A DNA stretch of 63,029 bases, counting the filler, from Sluysia triapertura (lineage: Eukaryota), in NCBI GenBank assembly GCA_046118255.1. It is 4 parts of 4 records of this genome, joined end to end, with 100 filler letters (N's around TTAATTAATTAA, not from the genome) between each part and the next. Parts side by side here need not be neighbours in the genome. Positions count along the whole stretch, not along the records: positions 12,978 to 38,848 come from JBJNIA010177473.1; 3 more parts are not named here. One strand, given 5' to 3'. Shown here in pieces: positions 12,978 through 28,175 of the stretch. Numbering within the stretch: position 1 is the stretch's first letter; every line of letters begins with the position of its first letter. A model generated the notes under the pieces. It was not told where the DNA came from and made no database searches. It worked only from the letters and a program-made list of their open reading frames with translations. The position numbers and the translations under genes are program-made.

Positions 12978-14257
12978 TTGCATGTGTTCTATTGTGTTCT
13001 ATTTAGAAGCCATCTCTAAAATACCTACTTTGAATCATTCCTTGACCTTGAAGGCAAAGTAATTCTACCACGATCTGATTCATAAGAAGCTAAATGTCGA
13101 CCTCGATTGAATAAATAATAATCTGATACTGCAAGAAATCTAACGTTTTGTTTAGATTGACGTGTAGTTTCACATCGTATTATCGTACTGCAATAATGAA
13201 TATTTTCTTTATCATATTTTCTTTTAAATGTCAACAAAAAATCCGAATTTATGTTTCCATCATCATAGTCATACTAAACTCTGATCATATATTTTTATCC
13301 TTAATAACGATTGGGGATTAATGTTCTCGATAATATTCTTTATACATACCTAATTAATTTTAATTGGGTTTTATAAATTTCAGTTATTTGGTTTTTTACT
13401 CACTTGGTATATATACGATATAAGAGTCTTAATCAGTATGGTGAAATAACAAATTTAAGTTTTTCGAAAAAGCTTAGATAAATACCAATTTTCAGTAGTA
13501 CGTACTTTTACTGCATCATCACTTTCAATTTGCCTTGACGTTTATTTTCCAACATATTTGATGTTGAATACAATTTTAAATTTTAGAAATTAACCATAAT
13601 AATATCAAATAATGAAACAATTTTCTTTATTTTAGTATCAAAATTTATACTTCGTAAGTGTATTGTTAAATTTTATTTTCAAAACAATATTAGAAATTAT
13701 TGATTTTATAGTGATAATAATAATTATAGTACGGTATAAAAATTGAATTACAAATTTTAACTTATGGAAAAGTTTAAGTCTCTCAGATGCGAAAATAATA
13801 ATATTTTATAATGTATGTATAATCTATTAGAGATAACATCAAATAAGCTTAACCAAATCTTCTGTGCATAATTATGTATTTAAAAAGAGATTAGAGTACT
13901 GGTGGCTATATCCAGATTAATTTTCAAAACAAAATATTATCTAGTGGCATTACTAACATAAAAGTTTCGTTATATTGGTTGACCTTACTAAGAGTTTTTA
14001 AAAAGAATATTTTTATAGTATTATATATAACTTGCAAAATAAATCAATATTTATTATTAATAACCAGATTTGTATAATAAGTAAATTAAGTATATTATCG
14101 ATTTTATGTCTGAAGATTAAGAATAGTTTTGTCTTTAAGTAAGTTTAACTATTACTTCATAATACTGTAATTTAGTATGATATAAGTTATCAATATCATG
14201 AATTGGATAAATTTTAAAAAAATAAATATTATATTATTGATTATTTTATTTATTTAG

Positions 14258-17200
14258 GGTGATCTTTTAGTTCTAAATGAGCGTTACAAAATGAACAACT
14301 TACTACAAAATTCAAGTAAGTATATATTTATAAATTATAAATAAATAATAATTTTTTTCCCAAATAATAATTTATCTATAAATCATTATTTATGTAGATA
14401 ATTATAATTAATAAATTATTTTTAGTTTTAATTCATTTTTTGGCATTTGCTTTTTCTGATTCATTGTCATTTAAAATAATAAATATATTTATATTTATAT
14501 TTCTTAATTATATTCAATTCGATACTCATATTTAAACACACTGTAAAATTGGTATCATATTTAAATATATCAATTGCACATTTAAATGAAATATTTAATC
14601 AAGTAATCATATTATTTTCATGCTCATTTTTTTGCTACCGTGAATAATAGTAATAATAATAATTTTTGTATGTTAGTAGTTTTTCTAGAAATTATTTTAC
14701 AAATATTTGTTGGATTTTATTTAAACAAAAGTTTATGTGAAATGAATTTTTATTTTTTATTTAAATAAATTAACAGAACAAGTTTCATTTTATAAACAAC
14801 TTAAAAGTTGTGACCATTTATTTTTATTTATGAAACATTACTAAAATAATTTTAAAAATGTTTTCACAAATTTCAGCATAATCGATTATCGATAGTGATA
14901 TTACAAAACCGTATTTGACAAAATTATTAATTTATATCGGAAATACGATTAAAAGTTTTGAGTTGTGCATTTTTAAGCATAATTATAGGAGGTTTTTGTG
15001 TTTATACGACGAAATCGTATAAATCAAAGTAGAAAAAAAAGCATTTTTAGATTAATATACATGTTATATACATTTATAATAAAGCCCACTTTTAACTAAA
15101 ACGAATAATTACGGTTTAGTAGATTGTTTGTCAGAAATATTTTAAATATCTACAATAATTGATGACAATGTCCTTTTATATCATTTACATTATTGGTTGT
15201 AATTTTTTCCAACTTATTTATTAGTTGATGTCCTTCATCATAGTCTATCTCATCTAAATTATTCATCATCTTATACACTAATAACAGTACGACGTAACAC
15301 ACCTTCTATAAAGCAGTAATAAATAAGTAATTCTAGAACTAATAAACTTTTCATAACATGATGTATTCGTTTTAATAAAGAAACTATTGGTAACATATCT
15401 ATTTATCTGTTTACAAAAAGAATTTGGAAATAAAGATTTTACAGAAAATGAGAAATTTAACACCTAAATATCCGTTATTATTGTAGCTAAAACGCCGGCC
15501 ATGCACTTTTACACTCTGTTTCTATCTTTGCTAAGCGAATGCGTCATAAATTTACACTGATTCTTCTTTAACGCGTTAAAAATTCGTAAAATATTGCCGG
15601 TTGTAACAACAAAATAAATATATGTATTTCCTTATCCAGTATATGTTTAGTCCATAGTAAAGTTTTTATTTCACATTTGTAAAAACCATTCTATTTAGAT
15701 CCAAAATGTTAGTTCAATGTCAGTTTTATAACATCTATTAACATCTATTAAAGTAGATGGTACAATCAAAGTATAAATTAAAACATACTTGAAAAATGTT
15801 ATACTTAACACGATAATATTATGAGTATATAATGATTATGATAATTTTAAATTAATAATGATGATTCTATAATAAAATCAAACAAATTTTATCACCACGA
15901 AGTAGACAATTATAAATTATATATAAAAAATAAATACATATTAAAATATAATTATTAAATGGCAAATATTTTAATAAGCACAATAAAGGTTTAAGATTCA
16001 ACTAAGCAAGATAAATCGAAAATAAATGCTAATATATTGCTAAATTAATAAAATATTCAATCACAGTATTGGCTACTAATGTGTTAAAATAGCAAATTAC
16101 ATCTGACGTTGCAATACTACGTTTTGTTTCATAGCATATAGATAATATATAGGAAATTGGCAGCTCAACATAATTAATCTGTCTGTCTGCGATATATGCT
16201 TAATCTTTGGAGTCCAATTTAAGCCTACCAATTTTAATAAATAAAATTCCAACTTATCATATAGCAATTGTCTCAATATAATGAGTTTTGTGACATACAA
16301 TCTTCTATCTAATTCAAAACAATAAAATCAAAATTTAACATACTTATTGTTACAATTGTTAAACTGAATATAAATTTGATCACATAAATTTTTATATAAT
16401 ACATCATACATAAAAATATACATTAATTATTTTACGTTATTCTATAATATCTTTTCGTATAATTTTGGTGTTCACAACAGTAATAAATTTCATCTTTTTA
16501 TTTTATTTATGCAATTTTCTCAATTGTAAACAAAATACACGAAGTTATTGAATTAAAATGATTTTAATTAATTTAATTAATTAATTACTAAATTTTAAAG
16601 ATTTTCTCTTCCTGTTTCTTGTAATTTAAATATCTCATTCACACAAACGTAACCAATTAATAATCATCATATCTCATCTTTCAGCAACCCCATAAATATT
16701 GCTAATATAAAATATAAAAATACAAAGTCACTTCTTTAGTCTTCGACGTTTATTTTTAGAGTAAATAAATGAATAAATAAGACTCAAAAAACTCAAACGT
16801 GTTTCTTAAAAGCCTTTTAAGTACAACTTAATTTATTAACTGAAAATTGCTTTTACATTTATCTTATTTGTCATAATACCACACATAATAAAATAATAGT
16901 TTTACCTGGTTTTTCTTTAACTTTAATTATAAAATTTTAGAAATCAATTTTTATATCTTTTTTATCAAATAATAAATCATTTCTTTTACGAAATCCCTTT
17001 TTATATTAAAACAATTTCTAAATTTTTATATAATTTTCTATTAAATATTTTATTTACATTTTTCCTACAAAATTTATTTTTAATTTTAAACTACCTTAAT
17101 ATCGACTTTTTTAAAAGTAACTAACATTAAAAAAAATATTTTTCTGTGTATATTTCTTTCTTCAATTTTAAAAGCATTGCAATTTCAAATATTAAATCGT

Positions 17201-20200
17201 TTCGTATTTGATGTAAAACGTAATGTAAAATTCATACATTCTTTTAATTATATTATTCATTCTTTTTATTCATTTTAACAACACAACAAATTATTTATTA
17301 CTTTGACTGTTTGTAATTTTTAATTTTTAATTGGATGGATTTTAATTGTTTTTTCATCAAATATTCTTTCTTTTATTTGTTTGTTTAATATAGTGTAATT
17401 TAAAAAAAAATGTTTTATTTATTATGCTATTTTAATAAACAAACATATTTTGAGTATTAATATTTATACAATGCCAAATTTAATAAATAATTTGATTTAT
17501 AATTAAATATCATTTATTTATAAAGTTTAAAAATGCAACGTGACAAATTTAAGTTGAAACTTATTTGATAAGATTATTTAATAAAAAATAAAATTAATAT
17601 TAAATTAAATTTAATCGAAAATTTACAATTTTGTTTTAAAATTGTCTATTTAAATATTTATTTTCATATTTTTCACGATATAGTCGAATTTTAAGTGTCA
17701 ATAATTGCAATAGAAAAATAAGACCAGTTTCACTTTTTTTTAAATTAATTTTTTAAAATTCTTTTATAAAAATTAATTAACTTGAATTTTAAATAATGAC
17801 AACAAGGTATAAATGCTTACACTATAAAAATACTGAATATTTCTTGGAAATAATACAAAATTCGGAAATCAAAATGAATATATCATTATGATATAATAAT
17901 TTATACAGAATCCACACTACTAATAAAGTATGTTTCAAAAATATAAAACCAGTTACTAGAGGTTATGAAATATTTAAGAAAAAGTCAAAGTTCTTTCTGT
18001 TTTAGAATTATTTATTTTCAACGAATCTTATTTTACATTAGATCTTAGTGCAATATAAATTAAAAGGTTTTATTATTATTTTTTATTAATTGTATTTTTC
18101 GTAACTGGTTCAAGATTTTGTGGAATCTTCTTCATTTTTTCGTATCTAATTTCTATCATATTATAAAATTGATAAAGTTTATTTAAAGTTGTAAAAACGT
18201 TTGAAGTTTAGCAGATTATCTTAAAGTAAATGATTTATGACTTTACGGTCGTGACTACATCATAATGTTAAATATACGTGTTAAATATACATCACTATAA
18301 AACATAATCATAATTGGATTTAGTGGAGACAATAATTGAAATTAATATTTAATTCAAATTTTAGAAATGATTTTAAGAATAACTTTAAATTACTCAAAAT
18401 AATAAATCCAGTTTATCTATGAATTAATAAATCAAAAACTTATAGCAATGAAACAGAATTAAATACTGAAACACGAAAATATTCGTGTTCTTTTTGTTAA
18501 TTACGGAATGAATCTCGTAAATTGCCTTACAGTCCTTAAAGTAGATCAATACAAGTTAAGTGTTCAGTTTTTCTTAAATCGTTAATTTTTGTGCAACTTC
18601 TTTATCCACTTGTTCCACTGTAGTGCTGTAGACTTATTTGTATGCAGCCACTTATGTGTATTTTAATACTGTAAAATCCCGAGCATAAGCTGCAGCGCGT
18701 ATTAGCTGCAGAGAACCTTTTTTATGGAAGTGTATTTTTAGTCGCATATTAGCTATACCATATGCGTTGATGACACATGATTTTAAAATCAGCAACATAT
18801 CATTAAAAAAACAAATACCACAGTGACAATAACCATTTTGTTTTGATTGTTTATATTGTTTACATTGTTTATTGCACTATTTTGAATCCTTGATTAAAAT
18901 GGATAACGATTCTGAACAAAAACAAAAGAAACAACGAAGATCTTTTAGTTCAGCAAATAAATAATCTTATCTTCAATTTGAATTGTTTTTTAGTTGTATA
19001 AGCTGCACATCATATTAGCTCCAATTCAAAAATGTTGCCTTTATGTAAGTATTAGTTGCAGTTTAAGGTAAGTAAACGTTAGAATCCTTGATAATTATTA
19101 TTGAAATAATTATATTTATTATCATTATTATATTAGACTGGTTATAAATTATTAATAACTAAATGAAGCCAATTTACATTTCCAAGATTCTGAAATCAAA
19201 ATAAGTCTTTATAAGTTGACCCTAATATTAACTACAAAAACCCTATATATAACCTTAAAATGAAGTGACAAATAAGAAATAAGTTACGTATTTTGTCAAA
19301 AATTATATTCCACTACTTAAAACAATCATTTACTGACATCATATTCTTTGAATATTTTGAATAATTTTTTCTTCTGCTTATATCTTTTATAAAGATAGCT
19401 AAACGTTTTATTTTGTGTTAGAAAATGTTATTAAGATCGTTTTTATAATTTTACATGACCACTATAAATACAAGTTCAAATATAAAACATTTGACTGTTA
19501 GTACCTAACTACCAATTAATATCTCAAAATTCAAAAGTATAATTTTTTAGAGAATTATCTCCTTTTTCAGTTTCAATTTCCATTTCGATATGTTATATTT
19601 GGAAATCTTCGTTTAAAAGTAAATTTGTGATATTTAATATAATAATTAGTGATAAAATTTTGATTTATTTAAAATGATCAGATTCGTGAAACGAAAAACA
19701 TAATTAACCCTTTCAGAACGCTATTCAAATATCGCGGTTATCACTTTAAATTTAAATGTGTAATGTTATTTTAATCTAAAACATCAATTTCATAAAATAC
19801 GCCAAATAAATGTAAATGTTTTATTTTATATACCCTGTTTCAAAAGTATAGAATAACCCATGTTTTTGCTGTAGATACAAACACAATTTATTTCTAGTTT
19901 ACAATTTTTGTACACTTCTAATTACTATATTGCACTTAGTTAAATAAATTTCGTTCTAAAAGTATAGAACACATTATATGCAAACTGTTTATTTAAGACT
20001 ATACAACGTAGTATACAAAATTAGTATTTTATTGATGTTCCTGAGTTTTTCAATATGTTTTACGCACCTTTTCGTAATCGAATTAATCAATGTATTTACA
20101 CTTTATTTCAATCTTTTCCCAAGCATCCAATATTGCATTTTTTAACTCAAAAAAGGGAAAGTAATGTAAGTATTGCCAAAAGTTAAACAGATCAAGACAT

Positions 20201-23200
20201 GCGATATCCAGTTATTTGGATAATAGTTATAAAAAGCAATGGAAACAAATGGCCGTCCTAAGGCATTTTTTAATTGGCAGAAAAATACAACATTGTCTAC
20301 AACTCGCAGTAAAATAACTGTATGAAGAATATTTTAAAATAGTGGTGAGGTCAGATTCATTAAAATGCTTGCTAAACTTACTGATGCTCATAAAATAACA
20401 ATAAATAACTTTGCGGAAAGTCATATTAATATAATGTTCTCAGATGAGAAGAAATTTAATTTGGATGATTCTGATAGTTATACATACTATCGGCATCATC
20501 TAAAGGATTCAAAAGAAATATTTTCTAAGAGAATTTGTGATGGAGGATCAGTTATGGTTCCATCAACTCTTAATGGTGATAAGTACTATGATTTGATAAA
20601 AGAAGTAGTATTTCCGTATGTCAAACTTTCAGAAAATATCAATATCATCTTTTAGCCCTAAATCTGACATTATGCGAAAGAGTTAGATTCGAAATGATTC
20701 ATTTAAATGAAAGAAAATTGAAGAAATGTGTCATAAAACGTGTACTGAATAAACTTGATTAACATTCTTTAATATTATATAGTAAATAAAAGTTTCAATA
20801 AATTATACTTTGTATTATAGTTCGGAATGCGAATGTTATTGTTATTATTAAATAAGTAAATAAATAAATCCACATTAAATGAATAATGGTAATCATTTAA
20901 GATGACCTAAATTGATACAATGAAATAAAAATAGTTATTTATGCATTACAACAACGAATAAATAAAATACGAAATTACATTATTCATCGACATTGTATTT
21001 TTAGTGCAAATTTTTCATTCAAAATGATAATATAGATTAGTAACACAAAATTTAATATCTAGCTACGAAAATTTTTCATCATATTCAAATATTATTCATT
21101 TATTAAATATAATAATAATTTTAATGAGATAATTTGCCCTAAAAATTGTTTTCCATACTTTTGAATTTCATATTATAATGATTATGTTGGTCATTTAATT
21201 TATTAATTTTTTATTTAAAAATTTAATAATATATTTTTTACAAAAGAATGTATAATCTATGATTATTAAGATTATTATTATTATTATTTTATAATAAATA
21301 TTATTATTTTATGCTGTTTAATTTTACACATATTTTTCATAACGAAGTACTTCAAGAAACCTAACTGGAAAAAACCTTCCAATTATGCTGTTTTTGTGTA
21401 AATGGCTGGTTATTATCACAATGTGATTAATTATTATATTCGATACATATTTATACTTTTCTGTAACTTTCTGATTTATTATTATCCTCCTTGACTGTGA
21501 ACTTAATGTCATATTTTTTTCATTCCGACGTACTTAGTTGAAAAAATGATAATATCATCTTCTAAATTTGGATAATTACAAATCTAAAATTAGCGACTGA
21601 TTAAAATTTCTTAAATTTCGAATAAAATAAATTTTCTATTTTATAATTAAATTGAATTTCAATATTTATGCAAATAGAAAGTGCTTTTTACACGGGATTC
21701 GATGCTAGTGTTTTATTTCTACATGAAAGCAAAATAAATTAATTAATGGGTTCGGCTAAAATCCACAATTTATAACATATAGGTGTGTCTGGAGCTGTGA
21801 TGATTATGAAAAAAACTTATATGAATTTATGCACTTTAAGGGTGCAGTTAATTTTATCTTTTATACTTCTTATTTGACCTATTGACCATGTAATTTTCAG
21901 GTCACAAGCTAATATATCTACATTTTACCATATAGTTTTAATTTCTTCCCAAGATGAAATAACCAATAACAATATTGATGACAATTGTAGCACTATCAAC
22001 TTGAAATGGTAGAAAATTTTTAATTCTATTGATATAAACATTAAGAATTATGTAAATATACAAAAAAAGATGAGGCAAAAAATTAATCAAATTTATAATT
22101 ATAATTTATAAAATCAAAGATTTTAATTTAATTTTGCATTGAGTTTAGTCCTCATTAAATTAGATCAACAAATACAAAATTTATTTTAAGTACACTGTTA
22201 TAGTTTCTTTATGAAACCTTAAACTTAACAAATAAGCTTACTAAAATACTTTAATAAACAGTCTAAAATTCGAAAGCTATCAAATTTGTTTTTATAACAA
22301 CAGAACGTTAAATAAAATGGCAGTGTATGTAATGGTGAAATTCTAGAAAAAGCTAATGCTTGTATATACAAGTTAATAACCAATGAAGAATGAGAAAAAT
22401 TTCTAGAATTTATGTGTTGAAAATATTATTTATCTAATCTGTTTATTAATGTTATTAGAATGAAAATAAAAATTTTGTTTTTTGTATGTTTTCCATACAA
22501 ATCACTTTCAAATCACAGGTTAATTCTGACAATGTTAAAAATAATCTTAATAACTATTTCAGTCATTGTACTTCGAATTTTCTATCTTGCCATAATTATT
22601 AGCTTATGTCTGAATATAATATATATAATACATATATTATTAAGATGAAAACAATAAGGTATATATAAAATCTTTTGAAATAATTACTAAATATATTTCT
22701 AAAACTTAACATAAAGTTTTGCTACAATTTGTGCACAATTTTAAGGAAAAATTAAAATTTATTGCATAAATTTAATTACATAATTAATAAATATTAATTA
22801 TTATTAAATATTAATTAAAATAATAGTAAAAAGATGATATTATCACATTTTTTTACATCATCATTAAAGCTCTGTATTTATCTGAAACTTTCTAATTAAC
22901 AAGCATTTATTATATTTTGTATTGTTTTTTCGCTTTATATTATTAAAGAAAAATAAAACAAATTTTTGTCAAAAAGAATTTACAGATTAAATGTCTTATC
23001 CAACATTCACAAATTTTTGTTTTAAAAAGAAATTCAGTATTGAATTTGATATTAATTAAACCTTTAAATATGTTACAACACAAATACAAAAATAACAAAT
23101 CTATTTATACAAAATTTCAACATTTCTCGCTAAGTATAGATGTCACAATTAAAAATATTCTTTTTTATTTTTAAAGATTTTAATGTATATGTTAAGTTAT

Positions 23201-26200
23201 TTTATTTTAATTATTTTTAATTATATATTGTATTATAATACTTAGTTAAAATTGTCCCAATAAATATTCCAGATATGGAAGTAATCGCAGATATAACTTC
23301 TTATAAATATACTTTTCCAAATATGTGCTGTTTTTACAACTATTTTACTTTCCAAATGCCTTTTATGACTGCAATTTCATTCAAATTTCCGATGTTTATA
23401 TACTGTTTTAACTATAAAGAATTTATGGAAATAATTATTTAATTTTCATCATATAAGATCTTACCAATTTAATTTTAAAATATCAATATGCTTGTAGAGT
23501 AAGTTTTCTCTATTTATCGTTCTATTAATTTACTTTTACTATATTTTACTTGATTATATTGGCCTTGCTAGTTCATATTCATTTAGCGGATTTTCCTTGT
23601 TTATTGATAACATCGTCGATTCATAATTTTTTACAGAGGCTAATTAAATAAAATAAATTCTTTTCTTTCTTCTTCATGTTTCTTGGTTCTATCTGGTTAT
23701 TTAAAGGTCTTCTAAGTGAATCTTCATAACTACATCGATATTTTTAGATTTTTTTAGTTTATATATGAAGTATTTCACATTTAATTGTTCATTTTCAAAT
23801 AATATTTTATGGTTTTTTTCACAAGCAATACACTGTTCAAATTCACTTCAAACTTAATACATTATTTCAATAAAACCGAATATATCTTTTCCTACATAAA
23901 TGTAAAAGAGAATAAATTATAATTATTTTAAAAATAGAAAACAAATAATTTATTTAATTATTTTTTTTGTTAAATTAAACTAAATTATAAATTATATTCC
24001 AGCATCTGTCTTCTTTATCCTTTTACATAAATTAAATAATCTGGTGAAATCTTTTGCTTAAAGAATACTATCCATCTAATATATTATTATTATTATTACT
24101 ATTAATTATTATTCTTAATTATAATTATTACAAATTATTATTATTGTTAGTAATTATTAATTAATATTATAAAGTATTATAAATTATTGTTATTATTATT
24201 ATTATTAAGCAACAAATTGTCTAATCAAAATCACTTTTTTAAAATATAATTTTAATCAAAATAAAAATTAAAAGATCAAACATTTTATTAATTACATTAA
24301 ACTACATTAATTAATTACATTAATCAATCGACACATTGAGAAGTTCTTATGTTATTTTTAGTAAGAAAATGCAGCAATGTATTTATCCTTGCTTCATTTG
24401 CTGATTAATTTAATATTCGAAATATTCGGTATTCAATATCCTGTATGGTAGATGATATAATAAAATAAAGCCATTTTTTCAATATCATCTCGACTGCAAA
24501 ATGATTCATCAAGTAACAATTTCAAATTATTCTATGATATTATATTGTTCTTCTGCTTAAAAATAAATTTATTGCACAGTTTCTATAAACTCTTCAATAT
24601 TACTTTATTTTTCAGTTTTAATTCTTTGAAGATTACCAAGTCTTTCTTCATCAAAACCGTTAATGCTTCATTTTTAAATTTATCTACCTCATACTTTATT
24701 TATCTTTAAAATCTTTCATAAAATTTTAATTATACTATTTTATTAACAATTAAGGACCAGATTTTTTTCTCAAAATTTAGTTATTGTTGTATATCATCTT
24801 ACATAAATGCTCAAATCTTATAAAAACATTTTTTGTGTACGCAACATATACCAATGCAATGATTGTGTTAAGAAATTTCATTATTAAAAATATATTGCAA
24901 TAAATAAAAAAATATAAACCGTAAAGTCGTCATTTGACAACCATGGTTTCTAATGGGTTAATATACTTTTTTGATATTAGATACAATAGTTTCAATTGAT
25001 ACTTTGATATTTAATTGGAAAGTAATCTGTATATACTCATATTCGGTAATTAATTCATTTCGGTATTTAGAAAGTTTAGACTTGAAATTATTTTATTTCC
25101 ACGAGTTGTACGATGTAAATAGACTAATCACCATATATGAAATAATAAACAACAAACAAAACAACTTAGAGTAATTTAAATTTGAAAAACGAAACACAAA
25201 ATTAATAGCATTATTTCTTTGTCATAATTTATTATTAAATTATTATAACAGTTGAATTAAATTTATATACTACAGACAAAAAGTTTGTAAAAGGGTATAA
25301 TATTTAAATAAATACAGTTAAAACTATAATAATATCATGATATCATTATTCTTATAATACAATGTATTATTTTAAAGTATAAACTATTATTTTGATTATT
25401 TTAACTATATAATATTGGTACAGGTCTTTTTTTATTCATTTTGTTTGAATTACCGATGTATCTCAAGAAATTTCATTCCCAATAAAACAAACTTCCTCCA
25501 CTAAATAAATGGTGCATATTTAATTTTATTATATTATACAGTCTTAAATAATGTTATAATATCAACTCAAGTAAGCGAGAAGAGTTTAATTAAGGTTTTA
25601 GTTTCATTTAAAGATAATTTTATAAAAATGTTTTTTTTACATAATAAAATTGTTTTAGTACCTATAATGGCGAAAAGAAATATATGTATTTGTGGAAAAA
25701 AAGTACTTTTTAACGTATTTTTTAAAAAATTTATACCCTGCTACTGCATGATTTTCATAATAATCTTATCGTGTCTCCCATTTTCCATACATTATACAAC
25801 TATTATAGAGTACAGTTGTATTTCAATGACACCGTTTATTTTATTGATTTAAGTAAAATTGACGCAAATCTTCATGCTCTTTAATGTTCATACATTTTAT
25901 AACATTGCAAATTTCGTGTATTTTATGGGGATTTATATCATTTATTAAGACTATAATTTAAATAGTATATATAAAGTTTTTTGGATATGGACACTATTTA
26001 AGATTTCGTACATTTTAAGATCTTAACTTATTCATAACCGCCAATGTTCTTCATACAACAAAAGAAAACACACAGAAACATGCTTATAACATAAAAAATT
26101 AGTAAAGTAGCGTTTAAATTTTAGATCACATAGAATGTTAAGTAAAATGCAGTTAATTAAATACATGACATACGGTGTACAAAACAACTCCATATCAATT

Positions 26201-28119
26201 ACGCTGTTTGCAGCTGTTGATGATAATACATAACATTAGTATTGTAATAGTTTGAGTACTCACATAAACTAAGATTCATAACTTGATAAAAAACCAACAT
26301 TGTAAAATGTTCTTATAGCATGTTTGTTACAAATGCTCACAATTTTAAAATGCTCTAGTTTATTTAATTGTAATTTATCTATGAAATGATGGAAAATATT
26401 CATTGATAAATCATTTTCAACTTTAATTTATTTAACGTTATTTATTTTGCTATATTCGAAGTTGTAAAAATATTATCGTAAATATAACGAAACCAAAAAT
26501 TAGGTAAGTTGTGCTGTGTATGAATTTAGAACTATAATAGAGAAGTGGCTAAATTATTATTGTATTATTAATATCACCAAATAAAACCAGATAAAAAAAC
26601 TAATATATTAAATTTGTTAAATGATTGATATAATTCACCAGATTATGCTGGTACTTCGTCATCAAATCGTCGTATTAATAATTGTGGATTAAGTGGTGGT
26701 GGTGGTGGTGGTTGGAATGGTGAGATTGAGATCAGTACAAGTATGCCTAATAATGTAAACCTAAACAGTAATAATAGTAACACTAATGATAACCGAATGA
26801 ATTCACCATGCTATCAACAACATCTTCAATCAGCTGGTAATATGCAAACATCGTCACAGTACAATCCCGAAGTATCTACGACTGTTTCGTTGTATAATCC
26901 AATGCTTCAATCTTCTAGCACAGTGCATTTTTCTGAGCAACTTTACAATTCTACTACTAGCCAACCTACAAAAGGACCTTCAGACCCTATTTATCGGTTA
27001 GTATCTTACTAAAATATTTATAAAACTCTTTAGTAAAGTCAAAATCACATCCTATCCTTGTATTTAATGTTTATTTTTAGTAAGCTTTACCTTTTACATT
27101 TTTGCTTAACTTTACTTTGTTTGTAGTGTTTTATCATTTGTTTAATACTATTAAGCAAGTTCTAATAATATTCATTCATTATAATGTATAATATAAAATT
27201 ATATTTTATCACTAAAAATATAGAAGCTATAAAAATATTGAATAGGATAAAAATTTGTGTATTTAAGATGAAAATTGACAATTTTTATAATATTAATTGG
27301 GCATAATAATTAGAGAAAGTTCAAAATTCAACTTCGATTTCTTCTGTTTGCAATAAAACCATTTATGAAAAAGAAATGTCATTTGATAATGACAAGCATA
27401 AAAATTCCTACATTCAATAAAATATATCTTATCGAACATAGAACCAAAATTAGAAAGGCATGATTAATCTATCTATTTTAATAATAAAATAAAAAATGTT
27501 TATTTTAAATCTTCTAGATAAATTGCTTTTGTTGGTGTTTTGTTTGACACGCAAACAAAATGAATTAGTTAATGTGCAGTAGGTGTATTTGTACCCATGA
27601 CAACAATTCATAATATTACGTATTTTTGTATATATTTTGAAGGCCTATCAATCCTATATTTTACAACCTCAAATAGATCAGCAAAACAAATTCAATTAAT
27701 ATTTTTAGAACAATTATTTTATGAACAATTTCACGTATACTATAGAAAACAATTATTGTCGTGCAAGAATAAAATCAAAGCCGTTAATTTAGTTTTATTT
27801 TTAATTTTAATAATTAATAATCGCCCTCATTATACTTATGCATATTTTAAGGTTTTATTATGAAACCATAACTTATAAAAATAAATTTATTAAAAAATTT
27901 AGGTATGTAAGAATGAATCAAAAACTGTTAAATCCGAATTGCTACTTACTTAAATTGTCTTACAAAAAATTAAAAATCACTTTTGTAATTCTCGAAATTG
28001 TAATTCATATCAAAAATTTTTACGAGAAACTGGTACTTATATATTGCTTCTTGTCCAATGGGAAGACAAAAAAATCTTTCCATTCTTTTTAAATATTGCT
28101 ATTATATTTTTTCTTTTTG

Positions 28120-28175
<56 letters not shown>

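Noticed and set aside
13025-13300. Minus-strand 70-aa ORF as a gene
   Set aside because: Coding-like but unrecognisable, with stops upstream and no supportable exon structure.
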